Shown: positions 39,876 to 53,239 of the stretch, piece after piece | How positions within the stretch are numbered: position 1 is the stretch's first letter | Layout: each line of letters starts with the position of its first letter | DNA from: Felis catus | Lineage: Eukaryota | Assembly (NCBI RefSeq): GCF_018350175.1 | Contig: NC_058368.1 | Coordinates: forward strand, 1,240,001-1,304,000 | DNA length: 64,000 bases | Direction of reading: 5' to 3' | Position numbers and translations under genes: made by a program | Notes under the pieces: model-generated | Told to the model about the DNA's origin: nothing | The model's input: only the letters and a program-made list of their open reading frames with translations | The model's database searches: none

Positions 39876-40945
39876 TTACAACATATCAAATTTGTGGGAC
39901 ACAGTTAAAGGAATTATGATAAGGAATAGTATAGCACTGAATGAAAAGAGAAAGAGACTCAAGTCAATAATCTAAGCTTCCCCATCAGGAATATAGAAAA
40001 AAAAAAGTGCAAAATAAACTCAAAACAAACAGAAAGACAGAAATAATAAAGGTAAGATCAGGAATCAATTAAATTGAGAACAGAAGAAGAATAGAAGAAA
40101 TTAATGAAACAAAGAGCTGGTTCTTTGAAAAGATCAATAAAATTGACAAAAATTCTAGCAAGACTGACAAAGGGGAAAAGAAGAGAGTGCAATATGGCAA
40201 GAAAATGAAATAAAAGACATTTAGAACAGAAAGGAAGAAATAAAACTGTCCCGACTTGCAGATGATATGGTTGTCTATGCAGAAAATCCCAAGGCATCTT
40301 CAAAAATCTCCTAGAACTAAGAAATGCAAGATCACACAATACAAAAACAGAACAAAATCCCCATACCCAAACCATTTATTTCTTTATACTAGCAATGAAC
40401 ATATGGACTCTGAAGTTAAAATAAAAAAGTATTTATAATAAAAGAAAATGGAATACTTAAAATAAATCTAACAAAACATTTATATGACTTGTGTGCTGAC
40501 AACTATACACTGCTGATTAAAGAAATAAAAGAAGATATATGTAGAGGAACATACTGTGTGTATGGATAGGAATATTTGAAGATGTCGATTTTCCTTAAAC
40601 TGATATCCAGATTTAATGCCATTTCTACCAACCCCCCCCCAAGACTTTTTAGACACAGACAAAATGATTCTAAAATGTATATGCGAAGGCTGATCAATTA
40701 GAAGAGCTAAGATAATTTGAAAAGGAAGAATAAAGAGAGAGGAATCACTCTAGCAGGTTTCGAGGGTGATTTATACAGTACAATAATCAAGACTATTTGG
40801 TACTGGTGGAGGAATAAACATGCAGATCAATGGAACAGAGAATCCAGAAATAGCTCCACACAAATATAAACAATTGAGTTTTGACAGAAGTGCAAAAACA
40901 ACTCAGTGGAGGAAAGATAGCATGTTCATCAAAGGGTGCTGGAGC

Positions 40946-41166
40946 GGGGCACCTGAGTGGCTCAGTCAGTTAAGCAACTTACTTCGGCTCAGGTCATGAT
41001 CTCATGGTTCGTAAGTTTGAGCTCCGCGTTGGGCTCTGTGCTGACAGCTTAGAGTCTGGAGTCTGCTTCAGATTCTGTGTCTCCCTCGCTCTCTGTCCCT
41101 CCTCATTCTCTGTCTCTCTCTATCTCTCAGAAATAAATGTTAAAAAATTTTAAATGAAAAAAAGAA
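40946..41166 (+). mobile_element. Can-SINE (SINEC)
   Basis: TSD aaagggtgctggagc at 40931-40945 and 41167-41181. Confidence 0.93.
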
Positions 41167-41438
41167 AAAGGGTGCTGGAGCCACAGGACATCTGCATGCA
41201 AAAAAAGAACCTCAACTTAAATCTCAGACCTTATAAAAAATTCAACACAAAATGGACCACAAACTTGAATGTAAAACCTAAAACTATACAGCTTTTATTA
41301 AAAAAAAAAAAAAAGAAAAGAAAGAAAATCTTTGGGACTTTGAATTAGGCAAAGACTTCTCAGACTTGACACTAAAATCACAATCCATCTAAGAAAAAAA
41401 ACTCGATAAACTGGACTCCATTAAAATGTAAAACTTTT

Positions 41439-41898
41439 GGGGTGCCTGGGTGGCTCAGCCAGTTGAGCATCCGACTTCGGCTCAGGTCATGATCTCACGG
41501 TTCGTGGGTTCGAGCCCCATGTCAGGCTCTGTGCTGACAGCTCGGAGCCTGAAGCCTGCTTCGGATTCTGTGTCTCCCTCTCTCTCTGCCCCTCCCCCAC
41601 TCGCATTCTGTCTCCGTCACAAAAATAAATAAACATTAAAAAAATTAAAAAAAGGGGCGCCTGGGTGGCTCAGTCGGTTGAGTGTCCGACTTTGGTTCAG
41701 GTCATGATCTCGCGGTCTGTGAGTTCAAGCCCCGTGTCGGGCTCTGTGCTGACAGCTCAGAGCCTGGAGCCTGCTTTGGATTCTGGGTCTCCCTCTCTCT
41801 CTGCCCCTCCCCTGTTCATGCTCTGTCTCTCTCTGTCTCAAAAATAAATAAATGTTAAAAAAAAAAAATAAAAAAAAATAAATAAAAATAAAAAAAAA
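41439..41898 (+). mobile_element. Two tandem Can-SINEs (41439-41653, 41654-41898) inside one TSD
   Basis: Two heads; TSD taaaatgtaaaactttt at 41422-41438 and 41899-41915. Confidence 0.93.
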
Positions 41899-43199
41899 TA
41901 AAATGTAAAACTTTTGGTCTGGAAAAGACCTTGTTAAGAAGATGAAAAGAAAAGCTAAAGTAGGAAAAAATTTGCTAACTACTTTCTGTCCAAGGACTAG
42001 TATTTAGACTATATAAAGAATTATCAAAGTTCAACAGATAAAAAGTCTAATTAGAAAATGAAAAGAATATAAAAATAGCAAATAATCATATGAAAACATG
42101 TTTAACTTCATTAGACATTATGGAAATGCAAATTAAGCACATCAATCAGAATGGCTAAAATAAAAAATGGTGACAACACCAAATGTTGGCAAGGATGAGG
42201 AAGAAGCGGATCACTCATACGCTGCCGGTGAGAATGTAAAATGGTGCAGCTGCTCCGCAAAACAGTTTGGCAGTTTCTTAAAAAATGAAATGTACAACCA
42301 CCGTATGCCAAGCAATTGAACTTCTGAATGTTTATCACGAGAAATGAAAATGTGTTCACTGAAAAACCTGTTCGTATTTTTCACATAGGCCACAGACTAG
42401 AAACAGCCCAGATGTCCTTTGATGAGTGAATGGTTAAACTCTGCACATTCATACCATGGAACATTACTTAGCGCCAAAAAGGATTAGACTGTTAGTGCAC
42501 ACCATGACCTGGATGAATCATCAGAGAAGTATGCCGGGGGAACGAAAATCCAATCTCACAAGGTTGCATAGTGTATCATTTCTTTTATAATAATGTTCTT
42601 GAGGTGACAAAACTATAGAAATGACGAGCAGATCAGTGGTTTCCAGGAATCAAAAAGGGATGTGATGAGTGGAGATGGGATGGGAGAGAATTGGGCATAG
42701 TTATAAAAGGGCCACATGGGAGATCTTTGTGGTGCTGGCAACGTTCTACGTCTTGACTGGATCAATGGCAATACGGTGGTTGAGATCTTGTACTATAGTT
42801 TCACAGGATATTACCGTTGAGAGAAAGTTCAAGGGGCACATGGGCCTCTGTATTACTTCTTACACCTACATGTGATTCTACAATTATCTTAAAATAATGA
42901 GAAAAAAAAGAGGAACATTTACAGGACAGCTGGGGAATTATGAACCACGACCGGATTTTGTAACGTGATGGTGGCATTGTGTTTTAGTTTTAAGAGATTA
43001 GTCTACCCTTACGAGACTCGTACTGAAATATCTACCAACAAAACGATGTGTCTGGGACTTGCTTCAGAGGAATCCAGAGTGAGGGACAAGCAGGTGAGAG
43101 TCTCCTGGGAAAGCGAAAAAGCACGACTAGATCATCCGCTGGAGCTGGGTGACAGGTGCAGGGGGTTTCTCCACATCATACGTTATAGGCAGTCACCCA

Positions 43200-43360
43200 G
43201 CACGGAGCTGTGGTTGCCGGCACAACATGGTCGTGAAGCCACTGCCTTCGGAGAGAGTCGGACCTGGTTTGAACCTTGGCTCTGCTACATATGAGGCAAG
43301 TCTGGGGCCAGTCATTTAACCTGTCTGTAAAGTGTGACAGTATCTCAGGGTAATCGTGCA
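43200..43360 (+). mobile_element. MIR SINE
   Basis: gacctggtttgaaccttggctctgctac...gtcatttaacctgtctgtaaagtg core; similar MIR remnants at ~1300-1460, ~8640-8810, ~27290-27400 and ~55960-56090. Confidence 0.65.
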
Positions 43361-44149
43361 GACAGGAGATTGCCAAAGAGGAGCACAGGGAGAGAAAAGG
43401 AAAGGTCTTCTCTCCAGGGGTGGGAGGGGGAGAGGAGCCAGTGCAGGAGACCGAGGAGCCATTCGAGGTGGAGACCCAAGGTTAGGCCGGGCAGGGTCTT
43501 GGAACCCAAAAACAAAAAAGGTCCCGGAAAGAGCTTTACGAAGATGAAAACCGGTGGGAAGCCATCAGCTTCGGTGTTCAGCAAGTCACTGGCGCTGACA
43601 GAGGCTTGGGTTCAGTGGCCAGGTGGGCCCAGACGAAGGTGCTGAGAAGTGAGTGGGGCCAGAGGGCGTGGCCACTACTCCTGACCTTGATGGGATGGCG
43701 TGGAGGGACAGCTCCAGAGGCAAGGAGTGTTAGGGGGGCTAAAGGGCAGAAACCGACCGGAGAAGAGAAAGAGATGGGAAGTAAGAAAGGAGGGGCTGAC
43801 CAGGGGTCCCGCCGGGCGAGGCACCGGGAGTTCCAAGATCCTGGCAGGAAGGAGGTTCCCCTCTGGTGCAGACTGGGGTTGTTACCAAGGTGGTTTTGTC
43901 TACCCCTGGCATTTCCCCCTCGCCCTTCATCTGATACTCATTTGAACGGCTATTTACAAAGGAAGAATATTACGGGACGTCGGGAGAAATGCGTGCTCCC
44001 CAGGTTTTTTAATTTGATGGTAGAGTTGTAGTTTGGTTTGACAAGGTAGTCCCGGTCTTTATAGATTAATACTGAGATAGTTGTGGATGAAATGGTACGT
44101 GTGGAGTTTGCTCTGGACTCCGAAGAAAATGAGAATATTCCGTTTTTCT

Positions 44150-44860
44150 GGAGGGAGGTCTTAGACTCGTGGCGCCACGTCAAGCCCTCGTGCACGCTTC
44201 TTGCCCGTCAGGTTTCCTCGCGCGGAACGCACCGTGCTGCTCTCGCCCCTTCACACGGAGGCCGCACGTGCGTGTATGCGTTTCCACGCTCGAGTGACCG
44301 GACCGCGACCGGCTGACTCGCCAGCACCCACGCTGCCGGCATCCGCGTTCGGTCTGGGGCTCCCTGACGAGAAAGGCGTCCTGGCCTGCGGGCGCTTATC
44401 TCCGTCACACGCACCGAGGGCGCCGGTGACGAGCGAGTCCTCTGAGGCGAGCCTCGTCTCACAGCCGCTGCCCGCTTCCTCAACCTCCGCTCTGCCCGGG
44501 CTGCCCCGACCCGGGGGGGGGGGGGGGGGGGAGTTTCGCGCGTCCTGACGCGGCCGAGGCCCGGTGGGCCGCTGACCGCGGCTCGGCTCGTTCGACGGAG
44601 GCCGCGAGAGTCCGCCTCGACCTCTCGGGCGCCCCCACCCGCGCAACCGGCGGCCGACGCGGCAAAGCCACCCAACCGACGCGTCCTCGCGCGAGGTGGC
44701 TGCGCGGACGCCGGACGAACAGAAACCCGTCACGCGTGCGAAAGGTAAGCCACGGGCTGATCTTTATTGAGGCGAGCGCTCTGCTTTCGGCCGTTCGCCA
44801 CGGCTGCACACCGGCCAGTTTCCAGAAGCGCCCCGCTTCCCCGTACAGCTCTGTCTACAT
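44150..44860. promoter_or_regulatory. Orphan CpG island at/after the GJB6 3' end
   Basis: Very dense CpG (many CGCG), G19 run at 44513-44531; not at either connexin TSS. Confidence 0.8.
44763..44768 (-). terminator. GJB6: GJB6 polyadenylation signal AATAAA
   Basis: Plus-strand tttatt ~700 nt after the stop codon. Confidence 0.7.
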
Positions 44861-45465
44861 TCGGAAAGCGATAAAAACGTGTTGTACGATGACCGATGTC
44901 CACCTTAAGAGTATCACGACAGCTCGTACATTTGTCAGCAGACCACACAACACGCTGCTTACAACAAGGCAGACTCTCCACAAGTTCGAAATTTAGACAC
45001 GTGTGGCACCGTCCTAACGCTAGCATCGTTTGTTTTTCCAGGTAAGAGAGACCAGTCATTATAAAAATACTTTATATGAATTCAAAGTCAGAACTAAAAC
45101 CTCCAATCCTATAAAAATACCTTTTACTAATCAAAGTATCAATTTCTAGATAAATGTTCTTTACCAACAACAGTTACACAATTTTCGGGAAACACCTACT
45201 AAGACAGTCCATTTAACGTGTTAAGGTTACTTCAAGGCACAGTGGCCATCGTGTCTTAGTTTTCAGAGATGGGCCACATACTCGACTACGTTGCGTATTA
45301 CTGCACCAATTATTCTAGAAAAAGTTAACGCAAGTGTCTATGGATTATGAAAGCCATTTATAAAGACAAAGTCTTCAGTCTATAGAGGGGATTTTTAGGT
45401 GGGCATTGCCTTCAGGAGAAGACACCACTTTTGTTATGAGTCGGCTACACCGTGCTTTGAAATGT

Positions 45466-46260
<795 letters not shown>

Positions 46261-48892
46261 TTATTCCTAAACAGAAAACATTAGCAAAGGTTAACTAATG
46301 GAAAGCTCCTTCGAGTTTTATGAAATAGTACGGTTATATTACAGACGGAAGCAAATTTCCCTAAGAGGATGCTGTGATATTTTATAACTTCAACCCCCTA
46401 GGTTAGTAGGTTTTCTGATAAGGAATGCCCACTCGAAAAGCATCCTAACATCTTGAATCAGAAATAACTGTTACAGGTTTCAGATCATCCAGATTCCACT
46501 GAATTCAGATTATATATTAGGTTGCTGTTGGACGTTAACCCAGGAACTCAGGTAAACAAATACATTTCCAAGTTTTCTCTTATCCACCATGAGTTTAAGT
46601 ATTGTATCAGTTTTCGTTTTGCCCAGGGGATCACGGAAGTTCAACAGTGGATCTTATTAAGTGGCTTATTGAAGAGAAAAAAAATTAATCATGGGAATGA
46701 CCTACTGTGGCGTACCTGGCAGACTCGGAAGGGGGAAGGGCCCCCCAGTACTTGTTGGCTTACTTTATACAATGTATTTATAGCCGTCTCTAGTTTGAAT
46801 AACATCGTTTGCTGAAATCTTGTGTTCTTAGGGGCCCTGACGTCACACGCCACTGGAAGGTCCTCTTCCAAGAGTATCATGAGCTTTTACGAAAAGCGCT
46901 CACTTGTTTCCATGGTAACCAGGACTGGTGACAGCGCTCCCTCCCCGACAGCTCAAGCCCCAGGAGCCATGGGTGAAGGGAACCGGTGGCTGCTGCCAGG
47001 TAGGGCTCCCCTCCCTGCTGACTGAGCACTGACTTAGTGTGCTGAGAGAAAACGCTCTTGACTTCCACAGGAACTTCTGCTACAGTTCTAACGGATATGC
47101 CCTCTGACCCTACATTGCTGCAGAAGACGAGAGAATGAATCAGCGTTTGCCTTAAACGAAACACCACCACTCTGGCAATCTTTTGAAAGTGAAGTCCCTG
47201 TTTTCAGAGATAAAAGACTCACACAGCTTGTCAAACCTTTTTAGGGGCTGAGGGCGACACCAAAGTCCTTTTGTCATTGGTCTTAGGGAGACCTTCCTGT
47301 ATCTGACTGCTGGCTGGGGTCAGGCGTCTCCTCAGGCTGACCCCCCCCCCCCCCCCGACCTCCTGGGCCCCTCCTCTGGCCCACAGCTCTGCCTCCCCTG
47401 AGTCACGTGTGCTGCTCTTCGAAGCAGCTAGGTAGCGGGAGGCAGCCTCAGCGTCCCCAGGAGGGCTAGGCACTGACGTGTGCCCCAGAAGCAAGACCCT
47501 TCGTTGACACTAATGAAGTCAGCCAGCTCTGTAGTATAAAAGGCAGAACTCCATTTTAGCTGGCTTTCTGGGAAATTTGTCTTTGCCCTTGGTTTGGCTT
47601 TTAGACACTACCTTTTCCTCAGAAGGACACAAGGCCCAAGGAAATGATGCCACCACACACCTTGCACACGTGTATGTATTCCTCCTGTCTGAACTGGGCA
47701 GGGGAAGTAGGGGGCACATGCTGTGGAGGTGGAGGGGAGTGGAGGGCAAGCAGGGGCATAGCTAGCAGTTTCTGCACTGTGAGTTTCTCCCCCGTCTTCT
47801 CTTGCTGAAACATACAGAGCCCAATTATAGGAAAACCCCTCCTCGCACCACATCGCCAAAGCCAAGTAAATAACGATCCCCAGGCCTACCATAAGCATTT
47901 ATTGAGTGTCTATTGTATATAGATGTCAGCCATTTCACCTTTGCATCTCAAGACATAGTCCAGTTCCCAGGGCTGAGTAGGCTCGGAATAGAGATGCAGA
48001 GCAGGTGGGGGATGTCGGGGCGTCAGGGCTAGAGGTGCTGGGAAGAGCTTCCAGACAGAGATGCGTTCCTATCCCATGAAGTTTAAGGCGTTAGATCACA
48101 ACTAGGTAAGCTGGGAGCACAGAGCATCTCAAAGAGAAAGCAATAGGGAGGAGACCGTGAGGCAGCCCTTCAGCACCTGTACTTGCACTTGATTGACAAG
48201 TCACCGGAAGGCAGGATAATTAAAGTGATCACAGAATCTCACAAGATGCTTATTCTTTCCTCGAATAATCCAGAAGAAGGAGTTAAAAACCAGCACTTAA
48301 CAAGCCAGGACCCTCCGACTACTCAGGACTCCCAGACCCTGCAAGCAGGCGCCAAGGCGAAGGAGGTGGAGCTGGGAATAAGAAAGCTGAAAAATCATTC
48401 TGGAGGATTCAGTGCGTATTGGCCCATTCCAACTCCACTGGCCAGAAAGCAGTAAAGAACCTCAAAATGTCTGTAGTTGCTCAAATGCCATGGGAGTCTT
48501 TTGAAAGTTCTAACACGGAATACAAGAACATTTGAAGTCTTGAATCCAAACGAAAGCTTCCATTGTGGCCCAGATAGGAAAACTCAAATCGTGGTTTTAA
48601 CTTAGCCTAGACTTTGAGAAGCATGTTAATTTTTCAATGAAAATGAAAAGGGAGGTAGAATTCCATAGCTGAGGACTTGGAAGGCAGAGCTGGGGGGGCA
48701 AGGGCTCGAAAGTGTGTCAGACAATTCTGGGGGGGGGGGGGTGGACATTGCCAGCAGCTCTGAGGAGCTCAGATCTTCAACTGACAAGATGATGGAAGAC
48801 AACCCCAACCCCCCCCCCACACACACACACAATGGAGGGGCCCAGGCTTGGAACAACAGTGTCAAAAAGTTTAATTACTGAAGGAGGCAAAA

Positions 48893-48940
48893 AAATAAAA
48901 TAAAATAAAATAAAATAAAATAAAATAAAATAAAATAAAA
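48893..48940. repeat. (TAAAA)n microsatellite
   Basis: About 9 tandem TAAAA units. Confidence 0.95.
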
Positions 48941-49119
48941 TTTAAAAAAACATGAAAAAGAAAGAAAAATATGATAAACTTGGGTCAAAAGAAAAGAAAG
49001 GGGTGGGCCCAATGCTTGGAGCAGATGGTAAAATTTGAACTGATAGCAGATAAAAGGCAGAAACTCTTATTTTACTCTCCCTTCTTTATCAAAGAGAAAT
49101 TATTTTAAAAATTATTTCT

Positions 49120-49318
49120 TTTTTAATGTTTACTTATTTTTGAGAGAGAGAGAAGGGGGGGGAAGGGCAGAGAGAGAGAGGGAGAGACAGAGTCCGAAGC
49201 AGGCTCCGGGCTCCGAGCTATCTGCACACAGCCAGACTCGGGGCTCGAACTCACAAACCATGAGATCATGACCTGAGCTGAAGTTGACCCTTAACCAACT
49301 GAGCCACCCAGATGCCCC
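49120..49318 (-). mobile_element. Can-SINE (SINEC) in GJB6 intron
   Basis: TSD taaaaattatttct at 49106-49119 and 49319-49332. Confidence 0.93.
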
Positions 49319-50383
49319 TAAAAATTATTTCTAACGTAGTACAAGAGAGGTGGGGAGCTAGTGTGTACTTTCTGAGAAAGAGATTTTCAATGTCCCCAGT
49401 ACATGTATCTTCGATGTTAAAAACTCACCTTGGGTAATACAAACTGTAAAATTAAGTTTTAGTCCCTACTGAAAGTCATTATAATAAATTTTCCTAATTG
49501 TTGCTCTTCTATCCTGGAAGCATTTCAGGAGGTAGAGACTCGTACAACCTGATGTTTACACATATTTTACAGCAGCTGTTCACCTAGGGGGTCACTCTGG
49601 TTTGTTTATGAAATGAAGACGTTCTCTAACTGATGAACATCTCCCATTGCAATTTGGTTTGATTCAGTGCACATTCAACAAGTTTTTGATTTATCAAATA
49701 AAAGTTCACATTTTCCCAAACCCTCCAAAGTGCAGAGAATTTAAACTCCTCCAAAGGTAAGAAGGCTGTGTTTTCCCTCTGAGTTCTTTATCAACCGCCT
49801 TCTTGAACAATGACACGCCTGTAGTCACCTATTACCTGCTCTTCTAGCAAGCAAACCGATCAGGTGTCAAAGGACAACTCAGTCCGAAGGAATCTGGAAA
49901 GGCTGAAGTCATTGGAGGGGTCAAGAGGCTTTCCCCGCAAGAATATGGTCCCAGCTTTCTAGAAGCAGGACCCTTGACATCTGCACCTTAGGTCTTCTCC
50001 TTCTTAAAAAACAAAACAAAACAAAAAAACAGGGACAATTATGATAACAGTTTTATTTCTTTTGGCTTTTCTGGGTGCCCAAATCACACATTCTGAAGCT
50101 CTATCAAAGTAGCAAAGCTGAACAGAGAATAATCTATTTTACAATACTTTTGACTTCCACTAAAAATCAGCAATTTACCTGTACCTTTAAAGGGAGAAAA
50201 AGAGATGCCTAGGGCACTAAGAAAAACGAGTGATTAAACCCAAATACGGGTGTGTCCTGCCTACCGGTCACTCAAGACGATCAGGCTAATGGCAAACCAC
50301 CTGATCTGTAGCATCTTCCTGCAGGAGCAACAGAGGCCCTATCACTGATCACAGTAGAAATGGCTCGACAGCAAGCACTGCTT

Positions 50384-50421
50384 TCCATAGTCTCCGTCCA
50401 TAGTCTCCGTCCATAGTCTCC
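50384..50421. repeat. 13-bp tandem repeat (tccatagtctccg) x ~3
   Basis: Units start at 50384, 50397 and 50410. Confidence 0.92.
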
Positions 50422-51770
50422 ATCGCTCCCTTGCCCTAAGTGCGCAGCAGGAAAGCCATTGAGTGAATTGGCCCATGTTTCCTACACAGAACTTTCTTTG
50501 GTCCAGTCCACATCATTTCCTCAGGGCCTCACCAAGGAAGCCAGGGGCAGGGGTCCGGCATACCACTCTCTGAGTGTTGAGAACCTAAGGACAGCCTGCC
50601 TCACAACTATGAGGAGCCAGTCAGGGAAAGGGACCGCCCCAAACTTCCTGACGCTTTGCCGCAGCCACTGGTAACGCCTGGCTGCCCCCCAGGACACTTT
50701 GCCCACTCAAGGAGCCCAGGAGAGGAAGGAGCGGACAGAGGGCAGAAGACTCAGCAAGGCTGAAAGGAGGACATTTGCTTCCACTTGCTCCTCCTGACCT
50801 GGCCTTTCAGTGGGTTAAAGCCACTTCTGGCTTGGGGCGAAGAGACTGCCCACGGCCCGATCCCCTCTGTGTCTGCCCTATAAAATTGTAACTCTTGGGG
50901 TAGTTTTCCATCAGCACTGTGGTTGCAGATTTGATGGCCGAACACTCTGTGAAAATTACTTTCCAAAACAACCGCATCCATTGAAACCCTTTGCAATTGG
51001 TGTCGGTAAACAAAACACCTCTTTCCTTTCATGCTTTAGGCAGGCTGCAGCCAATGGGAGGAGACTCTTCAACAAAAAGTAGAATATTAACTCTTTCTTT
51101 GCCAACCAGAGAGGTTTATTTTAAGCCAGCTTCTCTGGCTCTCTTTTAAGGAAATAATACATATGCCTAGCTCCCGTAGTCTTGTCTCCGTACAAGAATG
51201 TGGTCACACCTCAAGTTACAAAGGTAAAACTGTCTTTGGTTTTCTGGTATATCTAATCGTGGTGAAAACATTGAATTCTTGATACGAAAGCTCCAGGCTG
51301 GAATACTTTGCTGTAAGAATAGGTAAACAATTGATCTCATTCTGATGATACACACAGTATTCTGAAGTTAGATTGTTCTTCCCTTTTACAATTCAGATAA
51401 TTTAAGTCTATGGGCATTCTGCTTCAGCAATATGATTTTCTGATTGTTTTAAAACTTAAAAATTTCATCCTAAGTAGTTGGCTTAAAAATGCCATCTTAA
51501 GTTTCACTGATGACAGAACGAAAACTAAAACTTTACAATTATAGTGTTACCCCTTAGCAGACACCAATGAGATTTCCAAGAGGTGGAAATCATCTTTCTA
51601 GAAAGTTCTGTTCCCATTTGGATAACCCTTTCAAAGATATTCATTGAATATCTGATAGGCCTGAGAACAGAGCACATCCCTCCCGATTTCCACAGTAGCT
51701 TTAGGTAGTTGAAGAGATTTATATTGATGAAAGACAATGTCAGAGCGAAACAAGCACATCTGAGCCTTAC

Positions 51771-51938
51771 TTTCAAGGAGTCACAGGGTATTGGCCTGGA
51801 GGAGAATTAGGGCAAGGGTCCCTCTTCAAGGGTTCAGGCTTTCTTCTACACCATCTGATTGCTTAGAAGGCAACAGGGCACAGTAACGACATGAATATAA
51901 ATCTCTACGCAGTTTCTGGAGGTCAGTGAGGGTGTCAC
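51771..51938 (-). other. GJB6: GJB6 internal non-coding 5'UTR exon (168 nt)
   Basis: Acceptor ctatttttccctcaacag|gtgacac and donor ttgaaa|gtaagg. GJB6 is known to have multiple non-coding 5' exons. Confidence 0.65.
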
Positions 51939-52557
51939 CTGTTGAGGGAAAAATAGTAGATGTGGCCATATTCATTGAACTACTCCCCACGTGTCTATTG
52001 CATGACCTTTGTGGGTGTTTTTCTTTATCCCCAGAACTGTTATGAGGGAGTCTAGAGGCCGCCAGTTTCCTGATGCTTCTTACTTTATATACCAATAAAA
52101 TAAAACTAAAAAACTAAAATCTTTAATGTAGATTCTTTCCCCTATCAAAGATCATAATTGTGATCCCCAACCAATCCCAAACCTCGAGCCCATTCCTTAA
52201 AAAAGGGGGAAGGGAATTTGAAAAACTGGATATGCTCTTTTCTCCCTCAAATCGGCAGTCTAAAAAAATCTCAAACTCTTTAATCAAGAAGAATCTATAT
52301 CTGTTGTCTCTCAACAGATATCCAGGTCTTCCTGGGGACAACCTTAGGTTGTCCTTTAAATGTAATGACTTAAAATGTCATCAACTGTCCTTTCAGAGTA
52401 ACAGGTTGTGTTAAAATGGATTTAGGGTTTATGTACTTCTTCAAAATTAACTCAATAAAAATGAAAGAACTTTTTCTATCCACGTAGTCTAAATAGAAGC
52501 ATGGACAATTCATAGAATTACACGTATTTCTTAATCCATTTAAGAATTCAGTGAGTT

Positions 52558-52773
52558 GGGGCTCCTGGGTGGCTCAGTCGGTTAAGTGTCCAACTTCGGC
52601 CCAGGTCATGATCTCGCCGTTCCCAACTTCGAGTCCTGTGTTGGGCTTTGTGCTGACATCTCAGAGCCTGGAGCTTGCTTTGGATTCTGTGTCTCCCATT
52701 CTCTCTGCCCCTCCCCTGCTTGTGCTCTGTCCCTCTCTCTCTCTCTCAAAAATAAATATTTTTTAAAAAAGAA
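52558..52773 (+). mobile_element. Can-SINE (SINEC) in GJB6 intron
   Basis: Imperfect TSD aagaattca(gt/aa)gagtt at 52542-52557 and 52774-52789. Confidence 0.92.
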
Positions 52774-53239
52774 AAGAATTCAAAGAGTTAAATTTTCCAT
52801 TAAGCAGTCTCTGTTCATTCAAGCAAACCTGTGCCCTTTCCAAAGATTTAAGTCTACCTTGAGTTGAATGCCCATGAAAATAAAAAAGGAAAAGGCACTC
52901 TGTGGGCCCATACATTCTCACAGTTCAAGCAAGTTAAACAGAAATCTTAATATATCTTAACGTAGCCATCGGGAGGATTATGTCCTCATGGCCAAGACAC
53001 GTGCGTTGAAAATTATTTTCCCACCATTTTATTCTGTTTAACATTTTAACTAATGTCTACAGACTACTCATAGCTCCTGGAATATTCAGATTGGATCAAA
53101 GATGCACAGTGAGGGTTTGCAAGCAAGAATTTTCTTTTCACCCCATTGAAGTGCTTAGTCAGACCTTCCGCAGGTCTTTTCTTTCTCAAAGCTGTTGTAA
53201 TTCAGGAAAGTAAGAAAAAGAAAATGAATTCGCTGTTAC

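Larger units (their letters stand above)
33165..42900 (+). mobile_element. Large decayed ancient L1 (L1MD/MC-like; 5'UTR, ORF1, partial ORF2, 3'UTR) carrying many nested insertions
   Basis: ORF1-like text at 34400-35300, endonuclease text at 35730-36300, ORF2 3' text at 40100-42400 and an L1MD-like 3' end at 42400-42900. Confidence 0.8.
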
